In this document: piece after piece, positions 1 to 10,435 of the stretch
Numbering within the stretch: position 1 is the stretch's first letter
Layout of the letters: each line of letters begins with the position of its first letter
Source of the DNA: Acutalibacteraceae bacterium
GTDB lineage: Bacteria; Bacillota; Clostridia; Oscillospirales; Acutalibacteraceae
Assembly (NCBI GenBank): GCA_045598225.1
Contig: JAZLLP010000006.1
Location: 22,230 to 86,229 of the forward strand
Direction of reading: 5' to 3'
Length of the DNA stretch: 64,000 nt
Position numbers and translations under genes: made by a program
Notes under the pieces: model-generated
What the model saw: only the letters and a program-made list of their open reading frames with translations
What the model was told of the DNA's origin: nothing
Databases searched by the model: none

Positions 1-259
1 TGTCGCTGAGGTTACCCATAATAAACGTGGTAATAACAGCCGTTGCCGCCGACAAAGCAACCATAAGTTTTATTGCCTTCATTGAAGAAAGACCGGCAGT
101 AACCGTTCCGCCCTCATAAACGGTGTTGTAAAGAAATGTGTTGAAATACATATTTTCAAGATTCCATGCGACCTGACCGATAAACCCGAACAGGCAGAGA
201 TTAAACCATATTCTGCCGGAAAGTTTATTTTCGGCAAGTGATTTTGATGATTTACCCAT
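1..259 (-). CDS. MFS-type transporter, N-terminal part (gene continues beyond window start)
   Basis: Not in ORF track because it is open at the edge. Reverse-strand ATG at 257-259 gives MGKSSKSLAENKLSGRIWFNLCLFGFIGQVAWNLENMYFNTFLYN..., with hydrophobic TM segments typical of sugar/cation symporter-like MFS N-termini. Confidence 0.5.
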   Translation of the reverse strand, partial: MGKSSKSLAENKLSGRIWFNLCLFGFIGQVAWNLENMYFNTFLYNTVYEGGTVTAGLSSMKAIKLMVALSAATAVITTFIMGNLSD

Positions 260-480
260 AAAAATTCTCCTTAAATAAAGAATATTTTAACAATACAATT
301 ATAATTCTCTTAAATCTTATTGTCAAGAATTCTTATATAAACACGACATAAAGAGAATAATTCTGTAAAAAATACCGATAATTATTTTACTTTTAAAAAA
401 CATATAAACTGAGGTTTACAAAAATTGTCAAATATGATATTATATTGTTCTGATTTATCTTTTGAAAGGAGGGACTTACG

Positions 481-1884
481 GTGACAGAACACGCTTTAGT
501 TCATCATTCAGCCGACATTGCAATTTCCGCAATTCTCAAATATATCGACAAAGCACCTCAAAAAAATCTTCTGAAGATTTTAAATGTTGCCGAAAGACAT
601 TTTAAAATGTTTCCTCCCGACAATTTTACAAAAATGAAAAACATTGTAAAAGACGGCGACAACTGTTACATGACACTTGCTCTGAATATGCTTCGTGACG
701 TTGACAGAAACCTTATTAAATCAATGCTTCTGTCACTCGGTGTTCATGCGGGCTATTACGGCACAAAAGCAGTAAGAGCAAACCGTGAAAAGTTTAAATG
801 CAACATTCCGTGGGTAATTCTTTTTGACCCGACAAGCGCCTGCAACCTGCGTTGTAAAGGGTGCTGGGCGGCTGAATACGGGCACGAACTTCAACTTTCG
901 CTTGATGAAATGCGCTCGGTAGTAAAACAGGGCAAAGAACTCGGCACTCACTTTTATATGCTTACGGGCGGCGAACCGCTTATAAGAAAAAAAGACATTA
1001 TTACGCTTGCTTCGGAAAATCCCGAATGTACATTCCTTATTTACACAAACGCCACTCTTATTGACAAAAAACTTTGTGACGATATAAAAAAATGCGGTAA
1101 CATAACGCTTGCTTTAAGCATAGAAGGCAGTGAGGAAAGCAACGATTTCCGCCGTGGTGACGGCTCTTACAAAAGAACGCTTGAAGCAATGGAACTTTTA
1201 AAGCGTGAAAAAATACTTTACGGTCTTTCAATTTGCTACACAAGAAACAACATTGATTCTGTTACTTCCGACGAATTTCTTGACATGGTTGTTGACTTAG
1301 GCGCAAAATATGCGTTTTACTTCAACTATATGCCTGTCGGTCACGGCGCAGACAAAGAACTTATTCCCACCCCGTCACAGCGAAAATATATGTACTTCTT
1401 TATGAAGAAAACAAGAAATTCAAAAACGGGCAAACCGCTTTTCGTTATGGATTTTCAGGATGACGGCGAATACGTCGGCGGGTGTATTGCAGGCGGCAGA
1501 AACTATTTCCACATCAATTCAAACGGCGACATTGAGCCGTGCGTTTTCGTTCATTATTCCGATTCAAACATAAGAAAAGACACGCTTCTTGAAGCACTCA
1601 GAAAGCCTCTTTTTCAGGCATACAGAAAAGGTCAGCCGTTTAACGACAACCATCTTATGCCGTGTCCGATGCTTGAAAACCCCGAAAAACTCAGGGCGAT
1701 TATTAAGGAAACTGGCGCAAAAAGCACCGACCTCATAGTCAGCGAAGATGTTGATACACTCTGTTCAAGGTGCGACGATTTCAGCAAAGCGTGGAAACCC
1801 GTTGCAGAGGAAATATGGAACAGTACCTCGCATCCGAAAACTCATACGCAGTATTACAGAGACAGCGAAGCAACTAAAATATAA
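481..1884 (+). CDS. radical SAM protein
   Basis: 467-aa ORF with GTG start 7 nt after GGAGGG. CX3CX2C cluster (CNLRCKGC) followed by GGEPL; C-terminal Cys-rich region. Confidence 0.8.
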   Translation: MTEHALVHHSADIAISAILKYIDKAPQKNLLKILNVAERHFKMFPPDNFTKMKNIVKDGDNCYMTLALNMLRDVDRNLIKSMLLSLGVHAGYYGTKAVRANREKFKCNIPWVILFDPTSACNLRCKGCWAAEYGHELQLSLDEMRSVVKQGKELGTHFYMLTGGEPLIRKKDIITLASENPECTFLIYTNATLIDKKLCDDIKKCGNITLALSIEGSEESNDFRRGDGSYKRTLEAMELLKREKILYGLSICYTRNNIDSVTSDEFLDMVVDLGAKYAFYFNYMPVGHGADKELIPTPSQRKYMYFFMKKTRNSKTGKPLFVMDFQDDGEYVGGCIAGGRNYFHINSNGDIEPCVFVHYSDSNIRKDTLLEALRKPLFQAYRKGQPFNDNHLMPCPMLENPEKLRAIIKETGAKSTDLIVSEDVDTLCSRCDDFSKAWKPVAEEIWNSTSHPKTHTQYYRDSEATKI

Positions 1885-1895
1885 TAAATAAAAAT

Positions 1896-1941
1896 AAAAC
1901 GGTTTTCATTACAAATTATAATTGTAAGAAAACCGTTTTTT
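1896..1941. terminator. intrinsic terminator hairpin between convergent genes
   Basis: AAAACGGTTTTC (1896-1907) pairs with GAAAACCGTTTT (1928-1939), followed by a T-run. Confidence 0.7.
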
Positions 1942-2021
1942 GTTATTAGTTTTTTGCTTTTCGTTCTGCGCTAAATGCGACAGCCTTCTTTCGCAAAGAA
2001 CAAATCAACAAAGATTTGTCG

Positions 2022-5000
2022 TTATTTTGTTTTCATTCTCATGATTTGGAATGTGTCAACAACGTCAATAACGCCGTCATCATCAATATCGTTTGCTTTG
2101 AAGAAATTGTCTTTGACTGTCTGTGCGTTATTTTCGTTTACGGGATAAGTTTCCTCGCCGAACGTTGCACTCATTGAAATGTCGTAATCGTTTCCGTTAA
2201 TTATGCCGTTGCCGTCAACATCGCCTTTTATGATGATATATTGCCATGTATCTTTTACTACTGTCGAATCCGACGGAGAAACAAGGACTATATAAGAACC
2301 TGTTCCGACTTTATCTGTACCGTCAAGAAGTTCGTCATTGTAATTGTAAACCTTAATAAGGTCGGCGTTGTTTTCTAAGAGTGCTTTAACTTCATCAACT
2401 GTTTTTCCCGCTTCAATGCCGTAAACGGTATTTTTTTCGTCATCGAAAACTATTTCCGAAGTTTCTTTTGCAACAATCTGTTTTTCAGCCATCAAAGCAT
2501 GAACGGACATATCTGCTGTTGCGTCAGTTACAACTTCGCCCGCTTCGTTTGCCCATGAATCAAATTCGAAATTATCATAATCGGAAACTTCCGGAGCAAC
2601 AGATGCAAGAGGTTCACCTGTTTTAATTCTTACGTTTTCGGCAAGAACTGTTGTATTGTCGGAATCAAGGAAGTCGAAGAAATAATATGTGTTATTATCA
2701 AGATATTCTTCAAGTTCGGAAAGTTTTCCTTCGATTTCATCGAGTTTTTCTTCCAATGCGGGGTCATCTTCCGAAAGATCGTCAAGAGTGTCCTGAATTT
2801 CTTTTATTTTGTCTTTAACTTCATCTTCAACATCGGTGTCATATCTGTCACCCGTGCCGAGGTCGTCATCATCGTTATTGACTTTATCAAGAATTTCTTC
2901 AATTTTTCCGTCAATGTCGGGTGCTGATGCTTTGTTTTTAATATTGTTTACGGCATCAATAAGAGCCTGTGCCGCATCGTCTATTGTTTTTTGATTGTTC
3001 GGGTCGGCTACTGTAAGGGGAGGATCTATTGCGGCAATTTCCAACGCTTCTTTCAAACATTCTTCAAGAAGTTTGGCGGATGATGTTGTTTTGTCTGTTG
3101 TGTCAATTTTTTGTGCCGCTTCTATTGCCGCTTCAAGAGCACTGTAATCGCATATTTTGTTATTTGCGGCGTTTTCAAGTGCCGAAGCAATATCAGCGGC
3201 CGCATTGTCAACGGTTTTCTGGTTTTCGGTAATAGCCGAAAGGTCTTTGTCAAGATAAGTGTCGGTATTTTCTTCGTTGTTGTACTTATCAATAACTTTT
3301 TCCAACTCTTCTATTATTTCGGGCGGATATTCGTCGGCGTGATTATTTATGATGTCTTCTGCCTGTTCGACTGCCGAATTGAAATCGGAATAATCTGCTT
3401 TTTTCTCTACCGCTGTTATTTTTTCATAAAGAGCGATAGTTTCATCTTCTATCGTCTTTTGATTCACACCGTCTTTATCCGATTCAAGTTCGGTTTCGTT
3501 AACGGCGATTGCTTTTTCAAGTTCTTCTGCAAGTGCCTCGATGCTTGATGAAGTGTAAGTATCGGGATTTTCCGTCTGCTCTGCAATAATATTTTCAGCC
3601 ATTTCTATAACCGCTTCAAGATTTTCGTAATTGCAAAGCGGATGAGAATTAAGCGTTTCAATGGCGTCAAGAATTGCCTGTGTTGCATTGTCAATAGTGG
3701 TCTGGTTTTCGGCTGTTTTGTTAAGGTCTTTATCGAGATTATTATTTATGCTTGCGATTGTTTCGGTAAATTCCTCAAAATCACTGTGTTTGTATGAACG
3801 AGTACCGTTACCTTTATTTATTATAGCAGTCGCCTGTTCATACGCTTCATAATATGCTTCATAATCTGCAATAAATTCAAGACCCTCAACTGCATCTTCT
3901 ATTGCCTTTTCCTGTGCGTTTACGGTTTCCTGTGACTTATAAACAGTACCGGATACGGCTTCGGAAGCGTCATCAATGGCATCTGCGAGTGCTTTAAGTG
4001 AGGACTGTGTGTAAAGGCCGCTTTCTGCCGCATTATCATAAATATACTCGGCATCGTAATAGTCTTCAACAAGTGAACGGCAGTCGGTAACGTCTATTGT
4101 TGTCTGAACGTGAACGTCACTCAGTGTATAATCCGCTAAGGCTGTTGATCTGTATTCCCATCTGATTTTATAAACATAACTTTCGGAATAAGCGCCTCTT
4201 GAGGAAGTGTCATCGTCGTTTGCATTGAAAACTACGTTTGAAATTGCAGGGTAAACGTAATATGAGCCGGAATTGCCCTTTTTCCCTATTAAACATTTTT
4301 CTGCGAGTGTTCCGTCACCGTTTACAAGCGAAGTGCTGATTGCGTAGTCAGTGCCGTATGAGTCGGTTATCGGGTACGCTGCAAGAAGTGCGGCGGTATC
4401 ATAGTTTGTGTCTGCAACCCATGAATGAACCTTGTTATCACCTGTTGTGTAAACAGATTCGTCGAGCCTGTCAATAAAATGCTGTGTATTGTTCTGCGTA
4501 ATTTCGGGAATATAGTATCTGTGTTTGTCGTCAGAGCAACTTGTACCGGTGTCAAAAGTCATACTGAGAAATTTAGAAACATCGTCTGACTGTTTTATAT
4601 TACGGAACATCGCTATACTCTGGTTAAACGAAAGGTTTTCACCGTCGGTAAGTTGCATGAACTTAAACGAAGTATCTTCAAGGAATATTGAAACAAAGTT
4701 GTTGCCGTAACCCGTGTTGCCGTAGTTGTCATAGGGGTTGTAAGAATAATCATGAAATAAAGCATCCGGATTTTTGCAGGTGGTGTTACCGTAAAGTTTA
4801 TAAGATGTACTTCCGTCTGCGGAGGAGTTTTTCGCAACGAGTATCTGATAAGCGTTATTTATCTGCTGAACTGCCTGTGCGACTTTTTCGTTACCTTCGT
4901 CGTTATTACCGAGTTTTCTTGAAAGATTACTGTCAATATATGTGACCTGCGCCCAAAATGCTTCAAGGCTTTCCTCTGTATAGTGAGTGCCGCCTTTGTT

Positions 5001-5942
5001 GTCGTTGTATAAATACTGCGCTCTTCTGTAAGCGGTATTGTAGTCGGTGTAATCGGCAAGGTCTTCGGCAACTGCTGAAAGTTGCTCATAGTAATGGTCA
5101 ATTACATCCTGTTCAAAAAATACATCTTCCGACAAAATGTTTTCGGGGAGTTCCGCAAGTGCATCTGTAAGATTCTTTTTAAGTTTTTCGCTTACGGAAG
5201 CGTCTTGAATTTGATTATTTATTGTGTTTACAAGGTCAATGAGGTTACGCTTGTCGGTAACGTGAACGTTTACCGCAACACGAACTTCACGCTCTGTTTC
5301 GGAAGCGGAAACGGAATCATCCGCATAAGTCCACTTTAAAGACCAGTAATAACCTGTTTCAATGCCCTTTACTTCACTGCCGTTGCCCGTGAAATTGACT
5401 TTGCAGTCAAAATAATATCTCGGACAGCCTGAAAGGTCACCGATTGTGCCTTTAAGAGTGAAATTATTATGATTGACAAAGTCATTAAAAACACCGCTTG
5501 CGTTTGATGCTGCGTTTCCGACTTCGCTGTCGGATGAGGGTGCGGCTGACCAGTTAAACGTTGCACCGTAAGTATTTATAAAATCGGAAGTGGGGTTGTT
5601 TTTTATTACGGGGTATTCGTTAATTCTGCCTTCACCCTCATTGCTTGCACCCGAATAGAGGTCGAAACTCCTTACATAAACGTACCTTAAACCCGATGTT
5701 TTCTGAATAAAGAAACGGGGCGTAAATTCAAACTGCTGATTTTCTTCGGTCTGAACAAAATAATAGTCCGTATTTTTAACATAGGAATTTATTCTGCCCA
5801 GGCTGTTGCTGTCACGTGTCCACTCGTTCTGTGCATCAACCGGAGATGTTACTTCACCGGAAGCGGTTACGGTATAAGGAATGCAAGTGAACAGCATAAG
5901 TGCCGCAAGAAGAACCGATAATGCTTTGTTCGTTTTTTTCAT
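2022..5942 (-). CDS. large secreted dockerin-containing surface protein with helical FIVAR-like repeats
   Basis: Start moved to MKKTNKALSVLLAALMLF (signal peptide, RBS AAAGGTGA). Repeated NQKTIDxA...L helical motifs. C-terminal duplicated DVDGNGIINGNDYD / DIDDDGVIDVVD dockerin type I Ca-binding repeats. Confidence 0.8.
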   Translation of the reverse strand: MKKTNKALSVLLAALMLFTCIPYTVTASGEVTSPVDAQNEWTRDSNSLGRINSYVKNTDYYFVQTEENQQFEFTPRFFIQKTSGLRYVYVRSFDLYSGASNEGEGRINEYPVIKNNPTSDFINTYGATFNWSAAPSSDSEVGNAASNASGVFNDFVNHNNFTLKGTIGDLSGCPRYYFDCKVNFTGNGSEVKGIETGYYWSLKWTYADDSVSASETEREVRVAVNVHVTDKRNLIDLVNTINNQIQDASVSEKLKKNLTDALAELPENILSEDVFFEQDVIDHYYEQLSAVAEDLADYTDYNTAYRRAQYLYNDNKGGTHYTEESLEAFWAQVTYIDSNLSRKLGNNDEGNEKVAQAVQQINNAYQILVAKNSSADGSTSYKLYGNTTCKNPDALFHDYSYNPYDNYGNTGYGNNFVSIFLEDTSFKFMQLTDGENLSFNQSIAMFRNIKQSDDVSKFLSMTFDTGTSCSDDKHRYYIPEITQNNTQHFIDRLDESVYTTGDNKVHSWVADTNYDTAALLAAYPITDSYGTDYAISTSLVNGDGTLAEKCLIGKKGNSGSYYVYPAISNVVFNANDDDTSSRGAYSESYVYKIRWEYRSTALADYTLSDVHVQTTIDVTDCRSLVEDYYDAEYIYDNAAESGLYTQSSLKALADAIDDASEAVSGTVYKSQETVNAQEKAIEDAVEGLEFIADYEAYYEAYEQATAIINKGNGTRSYKHSDFEEFTETIASINNNLDKDLNKTAENQTTIDNATQAILDAIETLNSHPLCNYENLEAVIEMAENIIAEQTENPDTYTSSSIEALAEELEKAIAVNETELESDKDGVNQKTIEDETIALYEKITAVEKKADYSDFNSAVEQAEDIINNHADEYPPEIIEELEKVIDKYNNEENTDTYLDKDLSAITENQKTVDNAAADIASALENAANNKICDYSALEAAIEAAQKIDTTDKTTSSAKLLEECLKEALEIAAIDPPLTVADPNNQKTIDDAAQALIDAVNNIKNKASAPDIDGKIEEILDKVNNDDDDLGTGDRYDTDVEDEVKDKIKEIQDTLDDLSEDDPALEEKLDEIEGKLSELEEYLDNNTYYFFDFLDSDNTTVLAENVRIKTGEPLASVAPEVSDYDNFEFDSWANEAGEVVTDATADMSVHALMAEKQIVAKETSEIVFDDEKNTVYGIEAGKTVDEVKALLENNADLIKVYNYNDELLDGTDKVGTGSYIVLVSPSDSTVVKDTWQYIIIKGDVDGNGIINGNDYDISMSATFGEETYPVNENNAQTVKDNFFKANDIDDDGVIDVVDTFQIMRMKTK

Positions 5943-6242
5943 TTCAATCACCTTTGTACAGTTATGTGCAAACTTTAAAAAGTCTGCCGTCTGTTTCCCT
6001 TTCTCGAAATTTTTATATTTTTTTATGAATAATATGTAAAAAAACAACCCAACGTGAATTTTACGAGAATATTATATCTTTTTAGAAATATTCAGTCAAG
6101 TAAATCGAGCAAAATATTAGATTTTTGAACAATAATTTATAATCAGTTAATAATATTGTAAAATTTTTCCGGTTTTTTTCATATCTTTTTGGATTCTTTT
6201 GGAAACGTTAATAAAATTTTACTTTTTTCGTCTGACAAAAAG

Positions 6243-6286
6243 AAAAGGATTTCGGAAAAATTTTCCTGTTTTCCGAAATCCTTTTT
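6243..6286 (-). terminator. intrinsic terminator downstream of beta-helix gene
   Basis: AAAGGATTTCGGAAAA ... TTTTCCGAAATCCTTT inverted repeat flanked by A/T runs. Confidence 0.7.
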
Positions 6287-6311
6287 TAGTTTTTTGATAA
6301 TTATAAATTAC

Positions 6312-8936
6312 TTATTTCTTTTCAGAAACCTGTTTTACTGCCGATATAATATAAAGTACGGCGGTATATACGGAGAATATGCAGGCGGTGATAATCATTG
6401 AGTCTTTACCGCTTAAACCTATTCCGTCATCAATTCCGTAAAGAATGGCGTAAAATGCGGCGGCGGTAATAAGCGTGGGAATTATATACGCTTTAAACGA
6501 TTTTTTCTTTGAAAGTGCAAGCACCGATATTCCCGAAAGGAAAATAAATATTGCGGAAAGCGCAAAGTAAACCGCTTCAATTCTGTTTACGCAATAAAAA
6601 TGATATGAGAAATAAAGACAAACCGCCATAACGGGAAGCGCAAGAGATTGCAAAACCGAAAGTTTACCGCATTTGCGTTTAATGAGAATGAACAGAGCCG
6701 ACAAGGCAGAAACAGCGCCCGTAATTATCGAGATTATTTTTCCCGTTTTTTTGGCGGAATCCGCTTTGCCCTGATGGTATTCATAAAGGGATGCATCATA
6801 ATTGTACGGCGTTTTGCCGCCCTCTTTTTCAAGACCGATTGTTGTATTTTTCAGCGTTCCCGCTTCGGAATAATCCCAACTTTCAAAGCCGAGTGAGAAT
6901 GCGGGCGAATTTTCTTTCAGTTCAAAATCAAAATTTTTCGCATCTTTGAAAAGCGGGTCGACAACGGTATTTTCACCGATAAAGCATTTCTTTTTTGCTT
7001 CTTTGAGCGTAAGTTTTTCATTAAGGTCGCCTACGCAGAACGAAAGATTTTTTCCGCCGTTTGAAAAATCCCAGTAAACGTTGTTGCCGTCAGCAAAACT
7101 GTCGGCGGAATTCATAACATTATAAATCGGAGCGCCGCCGTCTGTAAGAATAATGTTGCCCGTGTAGTTTGAAGATACCCAGCCTTCGGGCTTTGAAACG
7201 GCTCTTATACATCCGTCGGAAGCGAAAGCGAGAATATTGTTTGTTACGGTGTTGTTTTTTCCGTAATGGGTGTGGAAACAGTTGCTTCCGCAGCAGAAAA
7301 CGAGATTGTTTTTAACAGTCATATCAGACGAGCCTTCGTCAAGGTAAAGTCCCCAGCCGCCGTAACCGCCTTCGTTGGGGTCAGCGGCAACGTTGTGAAT
7401 AACGTTACCCGAAAGTTCCGTTCCGGGCTGAGTGCCGAGCATATAAATACCGCCCATATCGGAAAGCCAGCCCTGACCGATATTGTAAATAAGATTGTTT
7501 TTTATGCTGATATTCTTTGTGATGTGATATGTATAACCCCACAGCCAGCCGCAGGAAATGCCCGTATAGTAACCGTCATGTATTTCGTTGTTTGAAACGT
7601 CGGCGGTGTCGCAGAAAGTAATGTGAATACCTATTGCACAGAAAAATTTTCTGCCGTATTTATATATTTCGTTGTTTTTTATTGTAATGTTTGACGTTCT
7701 GTTTACGTCGTTTTCATCTTCCGTATTTGTGCCGCCCGCAAAAACACCCGTGGCGGCGATATTTTCAAAATAACAGTTTTCAACAGAACTGTTTTTCACG
7801 CCGTTTGTGAATTTAACACCGTCTGCGCCGATATTTATAAATTCACAGTTTTTAACGTGAATACCGTCTGCGTAAGTTGCGGTGAAAACACCGTCAACGC
7901 CTATTGCCGCCTGCGGAAACTCCAAATTGTATTCCGCAAGCCAGTCACCCTCTTTTGCTTCGGATATTTTCCAGTCCGTATTGCAGAAACGAATACCCTC
8001 AAACGAAATGTTATCGGCACCGTTTATTTCAATGAGTTTTGTTACAGAAGCACCGTAAAGCACCAGAGTATCCGCTTTTTCGCCGTCACAGGGAACGTAA
8101 TAAAATTTGCCGTTTGTTGTGTCAAGATACCATTCGTTCGGTTTGTTGAGTTCTTCAAAAACGTTTTCAAAATAGTATCTGTCAATGTCACGTATAAGCA
8201 TTGAAGACGGGCGTGAAAGCGATACCCTGCCCGTATTTTTGTCAAAAGCGGTCACGTTCATAAGTTCGTCATGCCAGTAGTGAAGAATGCGGACATTAAC
8301 GTCTTTCAGATTGTAAAATTCTTCTTTGACGTCTTCCTTTTTTGCATTAAAAGACTGCTGACCGAGTGTAAGCGACCACGGAGTATTCTCCTCGGTAAAA
8401 AGGTTGTCATCGGTGTTTACCGAGCCTACCGTAAAATAACCCGTTTCGGGATAGCGTGTAATGTTAAGCGTTTCGCCGTCTTTGAAAAAAGATTTCATTC
8501 TTTTTCCGTCGGAAATGTCAAACGTTTTCGTAAACACTTTAATGCCGTTTACCGTTTCTTCGGAAAATCCGCTTATTTCCCTCGCACCCGAAAATTCGAC
8601 TTTTTCGCCGTTGTATGATTTAAACGTTACGTTCTGTGCATCGGAGGACTCAAAACAAAGCGTTTCATCAAAATAATATGTACCCTCACGAAAATAAACG
8701 GTTACTTTTTCACCGTTTAAATTAAGTGATTTAAGTTTTTCTTTTGCCGCTTTAACGGTTTTAAGCGGATTTTGAAAAGTGCCGTCATTACTGTCGTTTC
8801 CGTCGGGAGAAACGAAAATGCCGTTTTTATCTGTTTCTGCGTTTTTTGCCGACGCTTTACAGGAAAAAGCGGGAAAAGCAAACGGAAAAACGAATATAAG
8901 AGCAACCGAAATGCATAAAAGTCTGAAATATCGCAT
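6312..8936 (-). CDS. right-handed parallel beta-helix repeat protein with signal peptide and C-terminal multi-TM region
   Basis: 874 aa. N-terminal signal MRYFRLLCISVALIFVFPFAFPAFS. Repeated NxxI/V...G beta-helix-like segments (pectate-lyase fold style). The last ~190 aa contain about 5 hydrophobic helices. Confidence 0.65.
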   Translation of the reverse strand: MRYFRLLCISVALIFVFPFAFPAFSCKASAKNAETDKNGIFVSPDGNDSNDGTFQNPLKTVKAAKEKLKSLNLNGEKVTVYFREGTYYFDETLCFESSDAQNVTFKSYNGEKVEFSGAREISGFSEETVNGIKVFTKTFDISDGKRMKSFFKDGETLNITRYPETGYFTVGSVNTDDNLFTEENTPWSLTLGQQSFNAKKEDVKEEFYNLKDVNVRILHYWHDELMNVTAFDKNTGRVSLSRPSSMLIRDIDRYYFENVFEELNKPNEWYLDTTNGKFYYVPCDGEKADTLVLYGASVTKLIEINGADNISFEGIRFCNTDWKISEAKEGDWLAEYNLEFPQAAIGVDGVFTATYADGIHVKNCEFINIGADGVKFTNGVKNSSVENCYFENIAATGVFAGGTNTEDENDVNRTSNITIKNNEIYKYGRKFFCAIGIHITFCDTADVSNNEIHDGYYTGISCGWLWGYTYHITKNISIKNNLIYNIGQGWLSDMGGIYMLGTQPGTELSGNVIHNVAADPNEGGYGGWGLYLDEGSSDMTVKNNLVFCCGSNCFHTHYGKNNTVTNNILAFASDGCIRAVSKPEGWVSSNYTGNIILTDGGAPIYNVMNSADSFADGNNVYWDFSNGGKNLSFCVGDLNEKLTLKEAKKKCFIGENTVVDPLFKDAKNFDFELKENSPAFSLGFESWDYSEAGTLKNTTIGLEKEGGKTPYNYDASLYEYHQGKADSAKKTGKIISIITGAVSALSALFILIKRKCGKLSVLQSLALPVMAVCLYFSYHFYCVNRIEAVYFALSAIFIFLSGISVLALSKKKSFKAYIIPTLITAAAFYAILYGIDDGIGLSGKDSMIITACIFSVYTAVLYIISAVKQVSEKK

Positions 8937-9006
8937 ATAAATACCTCCGTATTAAATATATTTTTAATATATCATATAAGTTATCATTTTACAAGAAGAT
9001 GAATAA

Positions 9007-9035
9007 TTGACTTTTTTGCAATAAGCGAATATAAT
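9007..9035 (+). promoter_or_regulatory. sigma-A type promoter upstream of murD
   Basis: TTGACT (9007-9012), 17-nt spacer, TATAAT (9030-9035). Confidence 0.6.
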
Positions 9036-9078
9036 TGAATTTTGCAAAGAGATTTTATCTCATTTCGGAGGTTCTCAA

Positions 9079-10422
9079 ATGGATTTTAAAGATAAAAAAG
9101 TTCTCGTTATAGGTCTTGCAAGAAGCGGTCTTGCCGCAATAAAAGTTCTTAATATGCTCGGTGCGAAAATCACCCTTACCGAAAGCAGAAAAAAAGAAGA
9201 TATTAAAGATGCCGACTATCTCGAAAGTATCGGCGTTGAAATAGTTGAACAGGCAGACTGCGTTTTTGAAGAAAAATACGACCTTTGTGTAAAAAACCCC
9301 GGCGTTCCGTTCAACAGTCCGCAGATAAAAATGCTTGAAAAAAACGGCGTTCCCGTAATCACGGAAATTGAACTTGCGTATATTGTTTCAAAACCTCAGC
9401 ACTACGTTGCAATAACAGGAACAAACGGCAAAACGACCACAACAACGCTTGTTTATAACATACTTGAAAAAGCGTTCGGTGAAAAAGCGCATCTTTGCGG
9501 TAACATAGGCACGCCTTTGTGCGACATTGTTACGGAAAACAATCTTATGAACGAAGAAGGGCATTATATCGCTCTTGAAATATCGAATTTTCAACTTGTG
9601 AATATTGACAGATTCAGACCCGAAGTTGCGGTTATCATTAACCTCACTCCCGACCATATTGACTTTATGGGCGGGCTTGACGCTTATTACAAATCAAAAA
9701 CCGAAGTTTACAGAAATATGCGTGACGGCGACGTATTTATTCTTAATGATGATGACGAAGAGGTTAAAAAATACACGTCACTTTACCCCGTTAAGTGCAA
9801 CGTTCAGCGCATAAGCCTTGACAGAACAGATACCGATTCGTTCATTAAAGACGGGTTTATGTATATAAACGGCGAAAAAGTTCTTCCTGTTGATGCAATA
9901 AAACTTGTAGGTAAACACAATTTGCAGAACGTTATAATTGCCGTTTCAGCCGCAAAAGCACTCGGCATATCAAATGAAATAATCACAGAAGCCGTTTCGG
10001 AATTCACGGGTGTTGAACACAGAATAGAGTTTGTAAGAGAAATTAACGGAATAAGATATTACAACGATTCAAAGGGCACTAATACCGACGCTACGATAAC
10101 CGCCCTTAAATCATTCGACAAAGGCGTTATTCTTCTTGTCGGCGGCTTTGAAAAAGGTCTTTCCATGGACGAAATGAAAAAACATCTCGGATGCGTTAAA
10201 AAAGTTATCGGCTACGGTGCGTGCGGCAAAAGGCTTGTTACGGAACTTGTCGGTGAAAGCGGAACTGTCGTTACAACGCTTGACGAAGCGGTAGAAGAAG
10301 CGAACAAAGTTGCCGAAAGCGGTGATACCGTGCTTCTTTCACCGTCAACGAGTTCGTTTGACCAGTATTCCTGCTTTGAGGAACGTGGAAAGCATTTCAA
10401 GAAAATAGTAAATTCGCTGTAA
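9079..10422 (+). CDS. murD: UDP-N-acetylmuramoylalanine--D-glutamate ligase
   Basis: 447 aa. N-terminal Rossmann VLVIGLARSGLA and Mur ligase P-loop GTNGKTTTTTL. Confidence 0.92.
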   Translation: MDFKDKKVLVIGLARSGLAAIKVLNMLGAKITLTESRKKEDIKDADYLESIGVEIVEQADCVFEEKYDLCVKNPGVPFNSPQIKMLEKNGVPVITEIELAYIVSKPQHYVAITGTNGKTTTTTLVYNILEKAFGEKAHLCGNIGTPLCDIVTENNLMNEEGHYIALEISNFQLVNIDRFRPEVAVIINLTPDHIDFMGGLDAYYKSKTEVYRNMRDGDVFILNDDDEEVKKYTSLYPVKCNVQRISLDRTDTDSFIKDGFMYINGEKVLPVDAIKLVGKHNLQNVIIAVSAAKALGISNEIITEAVSEFTGVEHRIEFVREINGIRYYNDSKGTNTDATITALKSFDKGVILLVGGFEKGLSMDEMKKHLGCVKKVIGYGACGKRLVTELVGESGTVVTTLDEAVEEANKVAESGDTVLLSPSTSSFDQYSCFEERGKHFKKIVNSL

Positions 10423-10435
10423 AAAGGGTATTTTT

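Noticed and set aside
2809-5566. About a dozen 60-145-aa ORFs on the plus and minus strands inside the dockerin protein gene (for example 3111-3548, 4688-4945, 5082-5339).
   Set aside because: All are nested in or antisense to a long, well-supported CDS. They have low-complexity or Cys/Phe/Arg-rich translations and no RBS, so they are shadow ORFs.
6189-6401. 70-aa plus-strand ORF between the dockerin and beta-helix genes.
   Set aside because: It overlaps the terminator hairpin and the 3' end of the beta-helix gene. Its translation is low-complexity and it has no RBS.
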